37,770 bases of DNA from a virus (Duplodnaviria > Caudoviricetes): positions 1 through 37,770 of IMG/VR virus record IMGVR_UViG_3300043580_000085. One strand, 5' to 3'. Positions 9,049 to 17,062 of the stretch are shown in pieces (the first letter of the stretch is position 1; the number at the start of each line of letters is the position of its first letter). A program made the position numbers and the translations under genes. Below the pieces are notes generated by a model that saw nothing but the letters and a program-made list of their open reading frames with translations, ran no database searches and was not told where the DNA came from.

Positions 9049-9326
9049 TGTCTCGTCGAGCGCGAGTGACGGCGGCGTACGCGACCGTGAAGCTCCTGGA
9101 CTCAGTCACCGGCAAGTGGACGGTCTGCGGCTTCTATCAAGGTGCCGTCCTGCCCGAATTCGCAGATCCGGAGAACGTGGCCAGCCTCGTTCGCCGGGAG
9201 TATGCGGAGTGGCTGGACGCGGGCGAGACCAAGCAGGTCGACAAGCAGCAGGCCGAGGAAGATAAGGCCGCGCAAGAGGTTAAGGCCCCGACCAAGGTTG
9301 CCCCTGCGAAGGCGGCAGGAAAGTAA
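9048..9326 (+). CDS. Small post-capsid hypothetical protein
   Basis: TGATG coupling to the MCP gene; 92 aa with Ala/Lys-rich tail. Confidence 0.65.
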   Translation: MSRRARVTAAYATVKLLDSVTGKWTVCGFYQGAVLPEFADPENVASLVRREYAEWLDAGETKQVDKQQAEEDKAAQEVKAPTKVAPAKAAGK

Positions 9327-9716
9327 ATGCCGGCCGGGGACCTTTTCGAGCTTACTGATTTGCCGAGTTGGTTGCAGGTCCCCGCCGTCGACACCGAGAC
9401 GGCGACGAGGGTCAGGCGGTGGGCGTCGGGCTGGCTGGAGACAGCTACCGGCATTACCACCCCCTGGCCCTCCCCCGTCCCCAACAACCTGTGGGCGTGG
9501 GGCATCGAGCTGGCCGGGATCGCGTTCCGCAACCCCGACGCTGCCTCGTCGCAGTCGATCGACGAGTACTCCGTCAGCTACGACCGGGCTCGCCGTAAGG
9601 AAATCCTCGACACGGCTGCCCGTACCTACAGTGGCGTGAACACGCCGCTGTACTCATTCCCCGAACCTGACTGGCACTGGACTGTTGTTCCGGTCGTGCC
9701 GTCGATCTTGCAATGA
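9327..9716 (+). CDS. Head-to-tail adaptor
   Basis: 129 aa; NPDAASSQSIDEYSVSY motif typical of actinophage adaptors; synteny. Confidence 0.7.
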   Translation: MPAGDLFELTDLPSWLQVPAVDTETATRVRRWASGWLETATGITTPWPSPVPNNLWAWGIELAGIAFRNPDAASSQSIDEYSVSYDRARRKEILDTAARTYSGVNTPLYSFPEPDWHWTVVPVVPSILQ

Positions 9717-9725
9717 GGTAGAGGT

Positions 9726-9866
9726 ATGCAGCCGGAACCGGAACCGATCGTGAACCGGTGGGAGCTAGTCATCACCGCCGAGGCCGAGGTCATCAAGGCC
9801 CCTGTGCTGGCCGCCGAACCATCCACAGTAGAGGAGCGAAGCCATGGCGAGCGGGCAGAACTTTAG
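9726..9866 (+). CDS. Small hypothetical protein (46 aa)
   Basis: GAGGT RBS and ATG at 9726; LVITAEAEVIKA. Confidence 0.4.
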   Translation: MQPEPEPIVNRWELVITAEAEVIKAPVLAAEPSTVEERSHGERAEL

Positions 9867-9987
9867 CTCTCGGACTACGCCGGACGGAATCAAGTTCGTC
9901 CTTCAGGCTGGTGATCCGCTTTGGCTCAACGGTGAGAACACCAACGACGTCTCGAAGGTCTGCGTCCTCATGACGAAGGTCGTCTGA
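9844..9987 (+). CDS. Small hypothetical protein (47 aa)
   Basis: GAGGAG RBS and ATG at 9844; stop abuts the ATG at 9989. Confidence 0.35.
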   Translation: MASGQNFSSRTTPDGIKFVLQAGDPLWLNGENTNDVSKVCVLMTKVV

Positions 9988-9988
9988 G

Positions 9989-10399
9989 ATGGCTGCTGGT
10001 CTCTCGTCCGTGAACCAGGCCCACGCATGGTTGAACATCATGCGCGGCGGCGGGAACGGCGTGGCCTTCACCCCGCCAGCGACTCTGTTCGTCCAGCTGC
10101 ACACCAGTGCCGGCGATCCGGGCGCGTCGGGCACGGCGAACGTGTCGACGGCTGGCAGCCGGCAGGCGTTGACGTTCAACGCCGCAGCGTCGAACCAGAT
10201 CACCATCCTCGGCACCACTTCGTGGACGAACTGGACAGGCACGAACGGTGAAATTGTCGCCTGGATCAGCGTGTGGTCTGCGTCGACGGCAGGCACCTTC
10301 TACTTCTCGGCCGCTCTTACGGCAAATAAGACGGTGAACACGGGTGACACCTTGACCTTGTCCACTTTAACGGTGGGACTTGCGCCCATCGCAGCTTAA
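9989..10399 (+). CDS. Virion structural protein (fibre/collar-associated family)
   Basis: LFVQLHTSAGDPG...SVWSASTAGTF...KTVNTGDTL motif family; beta-rich composition. Confidence 0.7.
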   Translation: MAAGLSSVNQAHAWLNIMRGGGNGVAFTPPATLFVQLHTSAGDPGASGTANVSTAGSRQALTFNAAASNQITILGTTSWTNWTGTNGEIVAWISVWSASTAGTFYFSAALTANKTVNTGDTLTLSTLTVGLAPIAA

Positions 10400-10410
10400 C
10401 TATTTCCCCT

Positions 10411-11172
10411 ATGATGGGGGGGATGAGGATTCGACAATGGACGCCGGAAGAGACCGACGCAATCGTCACGGCCTACGTCGGTGGGGCGACGGCCGCAGGC
10501 TTGCGTAGTCAGTACGACACCGGCTGGACTCAGATCGCCAAAGTGCTTCGGTCAGGTGGCGTATATGAGGGCAGGCAACGTTCCCACCAACTCCGGTACG
10601 AACGCGATGTGTGTGACCGGTACGTAGCTGGCCAGTCCCTAAATCAGATAGCAGCCGCTGACAAATGCTCGGTGGCATGGATCCTGAAAATACTCGAAAG
10701 GCACGGAGTTGCGCGGCGACCAGCACGGCCGCCAGAACCGGAATACGTTCCCAAGATCCAAGCGCTCCGCGAGCAGGGATTAGGCGCCAGAAGGATCGCC
10801 AAGGAACTCGGGATCGGGATCACCACGGCCAATAAATGGGCGAAACGATGCGGACTACCTTCGCCACGTGCGGAGCGCAGCGACCATAAGGACGAAAGGA
10901 TCGTCGAGGGGTACCGGGCTCTATGGCTACCTAAGACCGACCCGCTCTACGTCATGGCCTGGAAGTCAGGATTCGTACCCGAGCATCGCCTCGTTATGGC
11001 CCGCTCCCTGGGTCGACCGTTGGAGAAGAGCGAAACCGTCCATCACATCAATGGTGACAAGATGGACAACCGGCTGGAGAACCTCCAGCTTCGGCAGGGC
11101 AAGCACGGGAAGGGCGCTCGATTCGCATGTCTGGACTGTGGCTCGCACAACGTGGTCGCCGTATCCCTTTGA
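10411..11172 (+). CDS. Free-standing HNH homing endonuclease with N-terminal HTH repeats
   Basis: VPEHRLVMARSLGRPL..SETVHHINGDKMDNRLENLQL (HNH_3-type); HTH-like GLGARRIAKELGI; start may be ATG 10423-10425. Confidence 0.85.
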   Translation: MMGGMRIRQWTPEETDAIVTAYVGGATAAGLRSQYDTGWTQIAKVLRSGGVYEGRQRSHQLRYERDVCDRYVAGQSLNQIAAADKCSVAWILKILERHGVARRPARPPEPEYVPKIQALREQGLGARRIAKELGIGITTANKWAKRCGLPSPRAERSDHKDERIVEGYRALWLPKTDPLYVMAWKSGFVPEHRLVMARSLGRPLEKSETVHHINGDKMDNRLENLQLRQGKHGKGARFACLDCGSHNVVAVSL

Positions 11173-11187
11173 TCGCGACCACCTGAC

Positions 11188-11733
11188 ATGGATATCTATC
11201 TCGTTACGCCGGTAGGGCCTTTCGCTACTGCGGTCGCCGCGGCCGCCAATACGTTCACGACCCGGCGGGATGTGTCGCCGCAGCCTGTTCCGGTCGTTCA
11301 GGGCGGGACCGTGCGTTTGGGCACCAAGTTCAAGATCGAGGCGGAGGGCGAATTCTCCACCACTGGTACTCCGACACTGAGTTTGGGGGTCTGGTTCGGT
11401 TCTGTGGCCGGGGCGATCACCGATCAGTGGGAGTACACGGCGGCGGCTACGGGGTCGGGTGCGGCGGCTTGGCCGTGGCGTCTGGAGTGGCGTGGTCTGG
11501 TGACGGGCACGCTGGGCGCGACTACGACGATCGTCGGCTTGGGTGAAGTGGAGTTGGGGACGTCTTTGACGGCGGCTCCGGCGATCATGATTCCGTCGAC
11601 GGCCGCGCTGCGGACGCGTGCCACGTATGACTCGACCATCGGCCGGGCGTGGGGTGTGTGCGCTACCTATGGCACGTCGAGTGCATCCAATGGCGTGACG
11701 TGTTACAACCTATCCATGATGATCTTGAATTAG
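11188..11733 (+). CDS. Putative virion structural protein
   Basis: 181 aa, Thr/Gly/Ala-rich beta protein inside the structural operon. Confidence 0.6.
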   Translation: MDIYLVTPVGPFATAVAAAANTFTTRRDVSPQPVPVVQGGTVRLGTKFKIEAEGEFSTTGTPTLSLGVWFGSVAGAITDQWEYTAAATGSGAAAWPWRLEWRGLVTGTLGATTTIVGLGEVELGTSLTAAPAIMIPSTAALRTRATYDSTIGRAWGVCATYGTSSASNGVTCYNLSMMILN

Positions 11734-11742
11734 GGGGCGGTT

Positions 11743-12063
11743 ATGTCGCTCGGCTACACCATTACCAAAGCAGACATCGACCTCAAGGCGGCCGGCCTGG
11801 TCGTCACGTTGCGGGATTCCCTGCAGCGGTGCAATGATTTTTGCGCACTTCTCAACAACACCAACAAGGTTCCCAACGATGCTTTTCTCACCGGACTGGG
11901 CTATACCTCCGGTGAGGTGACGAGCCTGCGGGCCGCTTTCACCGACCTGGGCGGGGCGTCCGGGTCCAGCCTGTACCGCCTCGCCCACGGCCAGGCAACG
12001 CTGGGCGGCGCCAATGATTATTTCTTCAACGCCCAGCTACTCACCGGCGTTCTGCTTACCTGA
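11743..12063 (+). CDS. Hypothetical protein, probably virion-associated
   Basis: 106 aa; GGGGG RBS; operon context. Confidence 0.6.
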   Translation: MSLGYTITKADIDLKAAGLVVTLRDSLQRCNDFCALLNNTNKVPNDAFLTGLGYTSGEVTSLRAAFTDLGGASGSSLYRLAHGQATLGGANDYFFNAQLLTGVLLT

Positions 12064-12089
12064 TCAACCCCAGAAGGGGCCAGTAGGCG

Positions 12090-13727
12090 ATGACCGCTCA
12101 AATCGCAGACGTCGCCGAAGTCGCTCTGTATGTAGAAAATTCGCAGTCCCCGCTGACCATCCCCAGGCCACCGCAGTTCGGGGCCGAAAAGCTACTCCTC
12201 GTTTTCATCGCGCAAGCCGCTACATCAGGGTTGGGCGACCTGACCGCCCCGCCCGGCTGGACAGACGAAGGCAACTACGACCAGACCAACTCCCAGGGCC
12301 GCGTCTGGTCACACATCTACGCCCCGGACGATCCGTCCACATGGGACTTCGGCTACACGGCCGCCGGCCAGGTAACTGCAGCCGTGATCACTGTCTACAA
12401 CCAAGACACCACTCCGGTCGTTGTGGTGGCCACCGACAATGCCGGCCCAGTATCCGGCCAGGCGCTATCCCCGTCGGTTAATCCGACAGCGCAGAATGAT
12501 CTGCTCATCTGTGGACTAGCGATCTCTAGCGCCGGCGACGAGTATTTCGGCACAGCGCCGCTGCTCAAGGACTACGGCAGTATCCAGCTTGGCAACAAGT
12601 TCGCCAGCATGGCGGTCTGTGCCCAGCAGCTGCAAAGTAGTGTGCCGACCGGTGCACAACGGTGGGACTCGCTCACCCCCACCGACGCACCGGGTGGCAC
12701 CCTCTCCATAGCGGTCAAGAGCTCAGGGTTTTTCGACCCTGACCCGCCGCCCAACCCTCCGCCACCGATCGTCCCGCCGTGGATGCTGCGCCGTCTGGTT
12801 GCGGGCCGGCAGCGGATGTGGCAATCGGACCCGGATCCCCTGCCGAGCCAGAACGCCGACGCGGCGCTTTCCGCCACGGCAACGGTCACCACCGACGCAG
12901 CCTCGGACAAGCCCGTCGACGCCAGCCTGACCGCCACCTCGGCGCTGACCGCGGCGGCCGCGACCACGAAGCCGGCTGACGCTAGCCTGACCGCGACGGC
13001 CACCATTACCGCCGCGGTCACGGTGACTTCGGCGGCGAAGTCCATCGACGCCGCCCTCGCGGTCACGGCGGCGATCACCTCCGACTCGTCCCTGACCAAG
13101 CCTGTCACGGCGGCTCTGGCCGGCACAGCAACCATCACTTCGGCCGGGGCCACCATCAAGTCGGTCACGGCCAGCCTCACCGGCACCGCCGCGATCACGT
13201 CGGCTGGATCCACCACCAAGCCAGCCGGCGCCACGCTGGCGCACACCGCGACGATCACCACCGCGGCCACGTCGACCAAGCCGGTCGACGTGGGCTTCAC
13301 GGCTACCGCGACCGTCACCGCGGCTGCGGCGGTCGTCACGGCCGGGAAGAACATCGACGCGGCACCAGTCATCGCCGCGACGATCACTTCCGCCGCCGCC
13401 ACGACCAAGCCCTTCGACGCGGCGGTCGCCACCACCGCCACGGCCACCGCGACGGGTACAAGCACCAAGCCGGCGGCCGGGTCACTCGCCCTGGCGGCCA
13501 CCATCACCGCGACTGCCTCGACGTCGGCAGTGCAGTCCGCCGCGGCGGCCCTCACCACCACGGCGACGATCACGGCCACGCTGGACGTGTGGGGCCAGGT
13601 CACCGTCCGCCCCGACACCGGAGGCTCGGTCGGCCCGAACACGGGCAGGACACTCCGCCCGGTCACGACGACCACAAGCCTGGCCTCGGGGCTCACCTAC
13701 CGACCGGTCACCACCCAGACGTCGTAG
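12090..13727 (+). CDS. Putative fibre protein: N-terminal beta domain plus ~20-aa Ala/Thr repeats
   Basis: More than a dozen imperfect repeats such as KPVDASLTATSALTAAAATT after a poly-Pro linker. Confidence 0.7.
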   Translation: MTAQIADVAEVALYVENSQSPLTIPRPPQFGAEKLLLVFIAQAATSGLGDLTAPPGWTDEGNYDQTNSQGRVWSHIYAPDDPSTWDFGYTAAGQVTAAVITVYNQDTTPVVVVATDNAGPVSGQALSPSVNPTAQNDLLICGLAISSAGDEYFGTAPLLKDYGSIQLGNKFASMAVCAQQLQSSVPTGAQRWDSLTPTDAPGGTLSIAVKSSGFFDPDPPPNPPPPIVPPWMLRRLVAGRQRMWQSDPDPLPSQNADAALSATATVTTDAASDKPVDASLTATSALTAAAATTKPADASLTATATITAAVTVTSAAKSIDAALAVTAAITSDSSLTKPVTAALAGTATITSAGATIKSVTASLTGTAAITSAGSTTKPAGATLAHTATITTAATSTKPVDVGFTATATVTAAAAVVTAGKNIDAAPVIAATITSAAATTKPFDAAVATTATATATGTSTKPAAGSLALAATITATASTSAVQSAAAALTTTATITATLDVWGQVTVRPDTGGSVGPNTGRTLRPVTTTTSLASGLTYRPVTTQTS

Positions 13728-13732
13728 GAGGT

Positions 13733-14131
13733 GTGGCCGTGGGACGGGAGAACGTCATCCTCGCCGGACGGGCCTTCCTCGCTGCAAGCCTCACCGAGAC
13801 GTGCACCATCCAACACCCGACCGGCGGCAGCACCAGTGCAACGACCGGGGCGTTTACCCCGACCTTCGCGACGCTCTATACCGGACAGTCGTGCAAGGTC
13901 GGCACCTCAAGCCCCGCCGGCACCGAGCTCGCGGGCGCGCACGTGGTGACTCTCAGTCCGACCATCACCGTGCCGGTGGAGGTTGTCGGCATCGTCGAGC
14001 AGGACGTCATCACCATTACGACCTCGGCGCTGGACCCGGAGTTGGTGGGTCGCGTGTACCGCGTGCTTGGTCCGGTGCACCGGACCTGGATTACCCGCCG
14101 CCAGTACGAGGTCGTGGAAACGACCAGTTGA
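13733..14131 (+). CDS. Head-closure/stopper protein (DUF6093-like)
   Basis: AGGAGG RBS; ETCTIQH...LYTGQSCKV...DVITITTSALDPELVGRVYRV. Confidence 0.75.
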   Translation: MAVGRENVILAGRAFLAASLTETCTIQHPTGGSTSATTGAFTPTFATLYTGQSCKVGTSSPAGTELAGAHVVTLSPTITVPVEVVGIVEQDVITITTSALDPELVGRVYRVLGPVHRTWITRRQYEVVETTS

Positions 14132-14240
14132 TGGCTTGGGAGGCCGGTATCGAAAGCGGCGACCTTCCGACGAATCGGCTGCTCTGGCCCTGAGCTACTC
14201 CCTCACGTTCCCGAGTCTAACGAGTGTCGAGGGGTGGCTC

Positions 14241-14630
14241 ATGGGCGTCCACAGCGTCGGCTTCGACGCCTTAATCAAAGACCTGGAGACGCTGCCCGCC
14301 AGGGCCAAGCCCGCCTTCCGGCAGGTAATGAAGAGAGCCGGCGGCAACATCAAAGACGACTGGAAAGACCGCTGGCGATCGATGCCGCACGAGCACCTTC
14401 CGCACCTGGTCAAAAACATCGCCTACCAGGTCAAGGAGAAGGGCGACGTCCTCTCACTGACCGTGGAGCCGCGCCCGCACTCGCTTCAGGCCAGGCTGGC
14501 CAGCTTCATCGAATACGGCACTTTGACCAGCGGCCCGCACCCGGGCGGTGAGCCGGCGCTGGAGAAGGAAACGCCGAATCTCCTCTACTGGCTGCAAAAG
14601 GTCGGCGAAGACCTCTTGGAGGAACAGTGA
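14241..14630 (+). CDS. Neck/tail-completion protein (HK97 gp10-like)
   Basis: IEYGT...PHPGGEPAL motif; synteny. Confidence 0.7.
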   Translation: MGVHSVGFDALIKDLETLPARAKPAFRQVMKRAGGNIKDDWKDRWRSMPHEHLPHLVKNIAYQVKEKGDVLSLTVEPRPHSLQARLASFIEYGTLTSGPHPGGEPALEKETPNLLYWLQKVGEDLLEEQ

Positions 14631-14718
14631 AGTCGATCGAAGGCGCCCCAGAGAAGATCACCCACGCACAGTGCATTGCAACTTGTGAGGCGCTGGGCCT
14701 TGGGCGAGTTCGCCGTCG

Positions 14719-15135
14719 ATGACTGACACGCTTGATGAGACGCACGTCCAGGTGGCGATCAGCCTTCTGACGGCGAACGCCAACATTCTGCACGTCTTCG
14801 ACTCCATCGTGGACAACCCCACCCCGGACCCGCCGTACGTCCTGGTCTACTCCTCGGTTTCCTGGCCGCGGGACGGTCTCGGCACATCCCTGACTGCCCA
14901 GCAGGTCGGCATCACCACCACCTACACCGTGCATTGCGCGGCGTTGTCTCCCGTGGGCGCGCGGGCGGTGCAGATGCAGGCCCGGACGTCGCTACTTAAC
15001 GCCCGGCCGGTCATCGCCGGGCGGAACTGCTCGCCGATCAAGCAGGACGAGTCCCACGAGCCGGTACTCGACGAGACAACCGGCCGGGCCGTCTACGACG
15101 CGGTGAGCGTCTACAGCTTCATGTCCACCGGCTGA
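14719..15135 (+). CDS. Tail terminator
   Basis: VFD...PPYVLVY...TVHC...DETTGRAVY pattern; lies before the major tail gene. Confidence 0.7.
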   Translation: MTDTLDETHVQVAISLLTANANILHVFDSIVDNPTPDPPYVLVYSSVSWPRDGLGTSLTAQQVGITTTYTVHCAALSPVGARAVQMQARTSLLNARPVIAGRNCSPIKQDESHEPVLDETTGRAVYDAVSVYSFMSTG

Positions 15136-15167
15136 GTTCCCATCAATCCATATAGGAGGCGCGTCGG

Positions 15168-15515
15168 ATGACGCTACAGGTTTCGCAGTCGCCGGGCGTG
15201 CCCAGCGGGGGTGTGCTGATCACGCCTACCGCTCTCACGCCGGCAGCGTCCGACACGATCTCGGCGGACAGTTTCGGCCCCAACGGCTTGATCATGCTGG
15301 TGCTCACCACCGGCACTCAGACCGACGTGACGGTCCTGGACCCGACTGTCAGCGACATGAACTACGCCGGAACTGTGCCGACTCTGACCGGCACGGCCAC
15401 CGGACACCGGATGGTCACCATCCCCCGGGCCGCGATCAGCCCAGTAACCAACGTCGCCACGGTAACTTTCAGCGGCGCCCGTACCGGCGTTACCTATTAC
15501 CTGATCAGGATCTGA
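15168..15515 (+). CDS. Small structural protein
   Basis: AGGAGG RBS; 115 aa, beta-rich. Confidence 0.65.
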   Translation: MTLQVSQSPGVPSGGVLITPTALTPAASDTISADSFGPNGLIMLVLTTGTQTDVTVLDPTVSDMNYAGTVPTLTGTATGHRMVTIPRAAISPVTNVATVTFSGARTGVTYYLIRI

Positions 15516-15516
15516 C

Positions 15517-15756
15517 GTGTTCGCCGCCGTCCGGCATCCGGACGTCCCGAACCTTGGCGTCATCTCCCACGGCACCCTCGACGCCCTCCGCGTGATCGGC
15601 TGGTTCCGCGTCTCGCCATGGCGCGAGACCGCGGGCGAGGTTCGCCTCGCCGAGTTAGCCGACTGCTACATCGACCTGGACGCCGCCACCCCGGAGCCAC
15701 AAGAAGAAGACGAGACCGAAAGCCCGGCCGAGCCGGAGAAAGAGGAGTCGGCATGA
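15517..15756 (+). CDS. Hypothetical protein with acidic tail
   Basis: 79 aa; VRHPDV...GW motif; coupled to the major tail gene. Confidence 0.6.
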   Translation: MFAAVRHPDVPNLGVISHGTLDALRVIGWFRVSPWRETAGEVRLAELADCYIDLDAATPEPQEEDETESPAEPEKEESA

Positions 15757-16259
15757 GCGTCGTCATCATGGACGGCCGGGTGCGGGTCTATTGGCTGACG
15801 GCCATCCCGGCCAACCTCGCACTGCCCACCGTCGCGGAACTCAACGCCGGTCTGGACTTCACGCCCTTCGTGACTCCCGATGGTCTCGACATCTCGTGGA
15901 CCACCGGCAAGGTCAATGTTGGCAACGTGGGCTCGACGTTCGGCTTGAACCGGGTCGGCCGGCGCGAGCCGGACATCTCGGTGACTTTCCACCACGACCA
16001 GAGCACCGGATCGGCAGACCTGGCCTGGTCGACCACTATCTACCGTGCCCTGGGCGTCCTGGTCGTACGCACCGGTGTTGACAAGGCCACGGCGTGGACT
16101 GTCGGCCAGGGTGCCGGCGGCCTCACCGGCCAAGTCGAGGTGTATCCGGTGGAGGCCGGCGAAGGAAACCGGCAGAAGCCAGCCCCGGACACGTCGTGGG
16201 ACTTCACGGTCCCGCTGACCGTCTACCTCGACCCAAGTACCCGATCGGTAGTGGCGTGA
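15753..16259 (+). CDS. Major tail (tube) protein
   Basis: GAGGAG RBS; DGRVRVYW...PTVAELNAG...TPDGL...LVVRTG...VEVYPV, an actinophage tail-tube signature. Confidence 0.85.
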   Translation: MSVVIMDGRVRVYWLTAIPANLALPTVAELNAGLDFTPFVTPDGLDISWTTGKVNVGNVGSTFGLNRVGRREPDISVTFHHDQSTGSADLAWSTTIYRALGVLVVRTGVDKATAWTVGQGAGGLTGQVEVYPVEAGEGNRQKPAPDTSWDFTVPLTVYLDPSTRSVVA

Positions 16260-16771
16260 ACTTCGACGACCTCAAGAAGCGCGCCTCTCTGGCTACCCGG
16301 GTGGTGTCGCTGTGCCTGGCCGGGGAGCTGGTCGAGCAGATCACCGTGCTGGAGCGGCAGTTGTCCGCGACCAAGACGGCGACGAGCCTCGAAGGGACCG
16401 GCCGGCCTCAACTTGTCGAGCAGATCGAGGCGCTGCGCGAGGAGATGCGTGAGTCCACGGTGGACTTCCGCCTCCGCGCGCTCGGCGCCCGGCCGTGGGG
16501 TCTTTTCTACGCCGCGATGCCCACCCGCAAGGAGGGCGAGTCTGACGAGGACTGGGAGCCGCGCAACTTCGAGTGGCAGGCGGACATGGTGTCCCGGACG
16601 TGCGTCGACCCGGTGATGACGGTCGAGCAGGTCGGCGAGTTGGTCGAGCTGCTTCACCTGCGGTCGTGGACCGAGCTGGCCAGCGAAGCTTTCATGGTCA
16701 ACATGGGTGGGCTTGATATCCCAAACTCCGCCGCCGTCTCCGATCTGACCGGGGACTCCGAGCAGACGTAG
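16256..16771 (+). CDS. Tail assembly chaperone (gpG-like)
   Basis: GTGA overlap with the major tail gene; FRLRALG motif; lies between major tail and tape measure genes. Confidence 0.8.
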   Translation: MNFDDLKKRASLATRVVSLCLAGELVEQITVLERQLSATKTATSLEGTGRPQLVEQIEALREEMRESTVDFRLRALGARPWGLFYAAMPTRKEGESDEDWEPRNFEWQADMVSRTCVDPVMTVEQVGELVELLHLRSWTELASEAFMVNMGGLDIPNSAAVSDLTGDSEQT

Positions 16772-17049
16772 AGGCGGCTTTCGCCCAGGGCATTCCGTAC
16801 AGCCGTTTTGTGGCCTGGGACGACACGGACCGCGGGCTGGTCCTGGCGCTGCTTGAGGAGCGGGCCGAGACCTGCTCGTCGTGCGGGCATCCAACCTCGG
16901 TATGCCGGGATCACAACACCGCCGGGCATTGGGACGTCGTCGAGGACACCTGTGAGGCGTCCCGGGTGGCTGAGGCGGTCATGGAAAACAACGTCAAGGC
17001 AGAGGTCAAGCGCCGTGGCCTGATCGTGTCGACCCGATTCCAGCCGTGA
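16256..17049 (+). CDS. Tail assembly chaperone, -1 frameshift product (gpGT-like)
   Basis: The -1 frame is open from the slippery site: ...PKLRRRLRSDRGLRADVEAAFAQGIPYSRFVAWDDTDRGLVLALLEERAETCSSCGH... Confidence 0.75.
16720..16726 (+). promoter_or_regulatory. Programmed -1 ribosomal frameshift site C CCA AAC
   Basis: X XXY YYZ heptamer correctly phased with the upstream ORF (CCA codon at 16721). Confidence 0.75.
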
Positions 17050-17062
17050 CGGGAGGCCTCTG

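Noticed and set aside
14131-14722. Tiny ORFs 14131..14193 and 14627..14722 as functional genes
   Set aside because: 20-31 aa with no recognisable motif; possibly gene remnants; insufficient support
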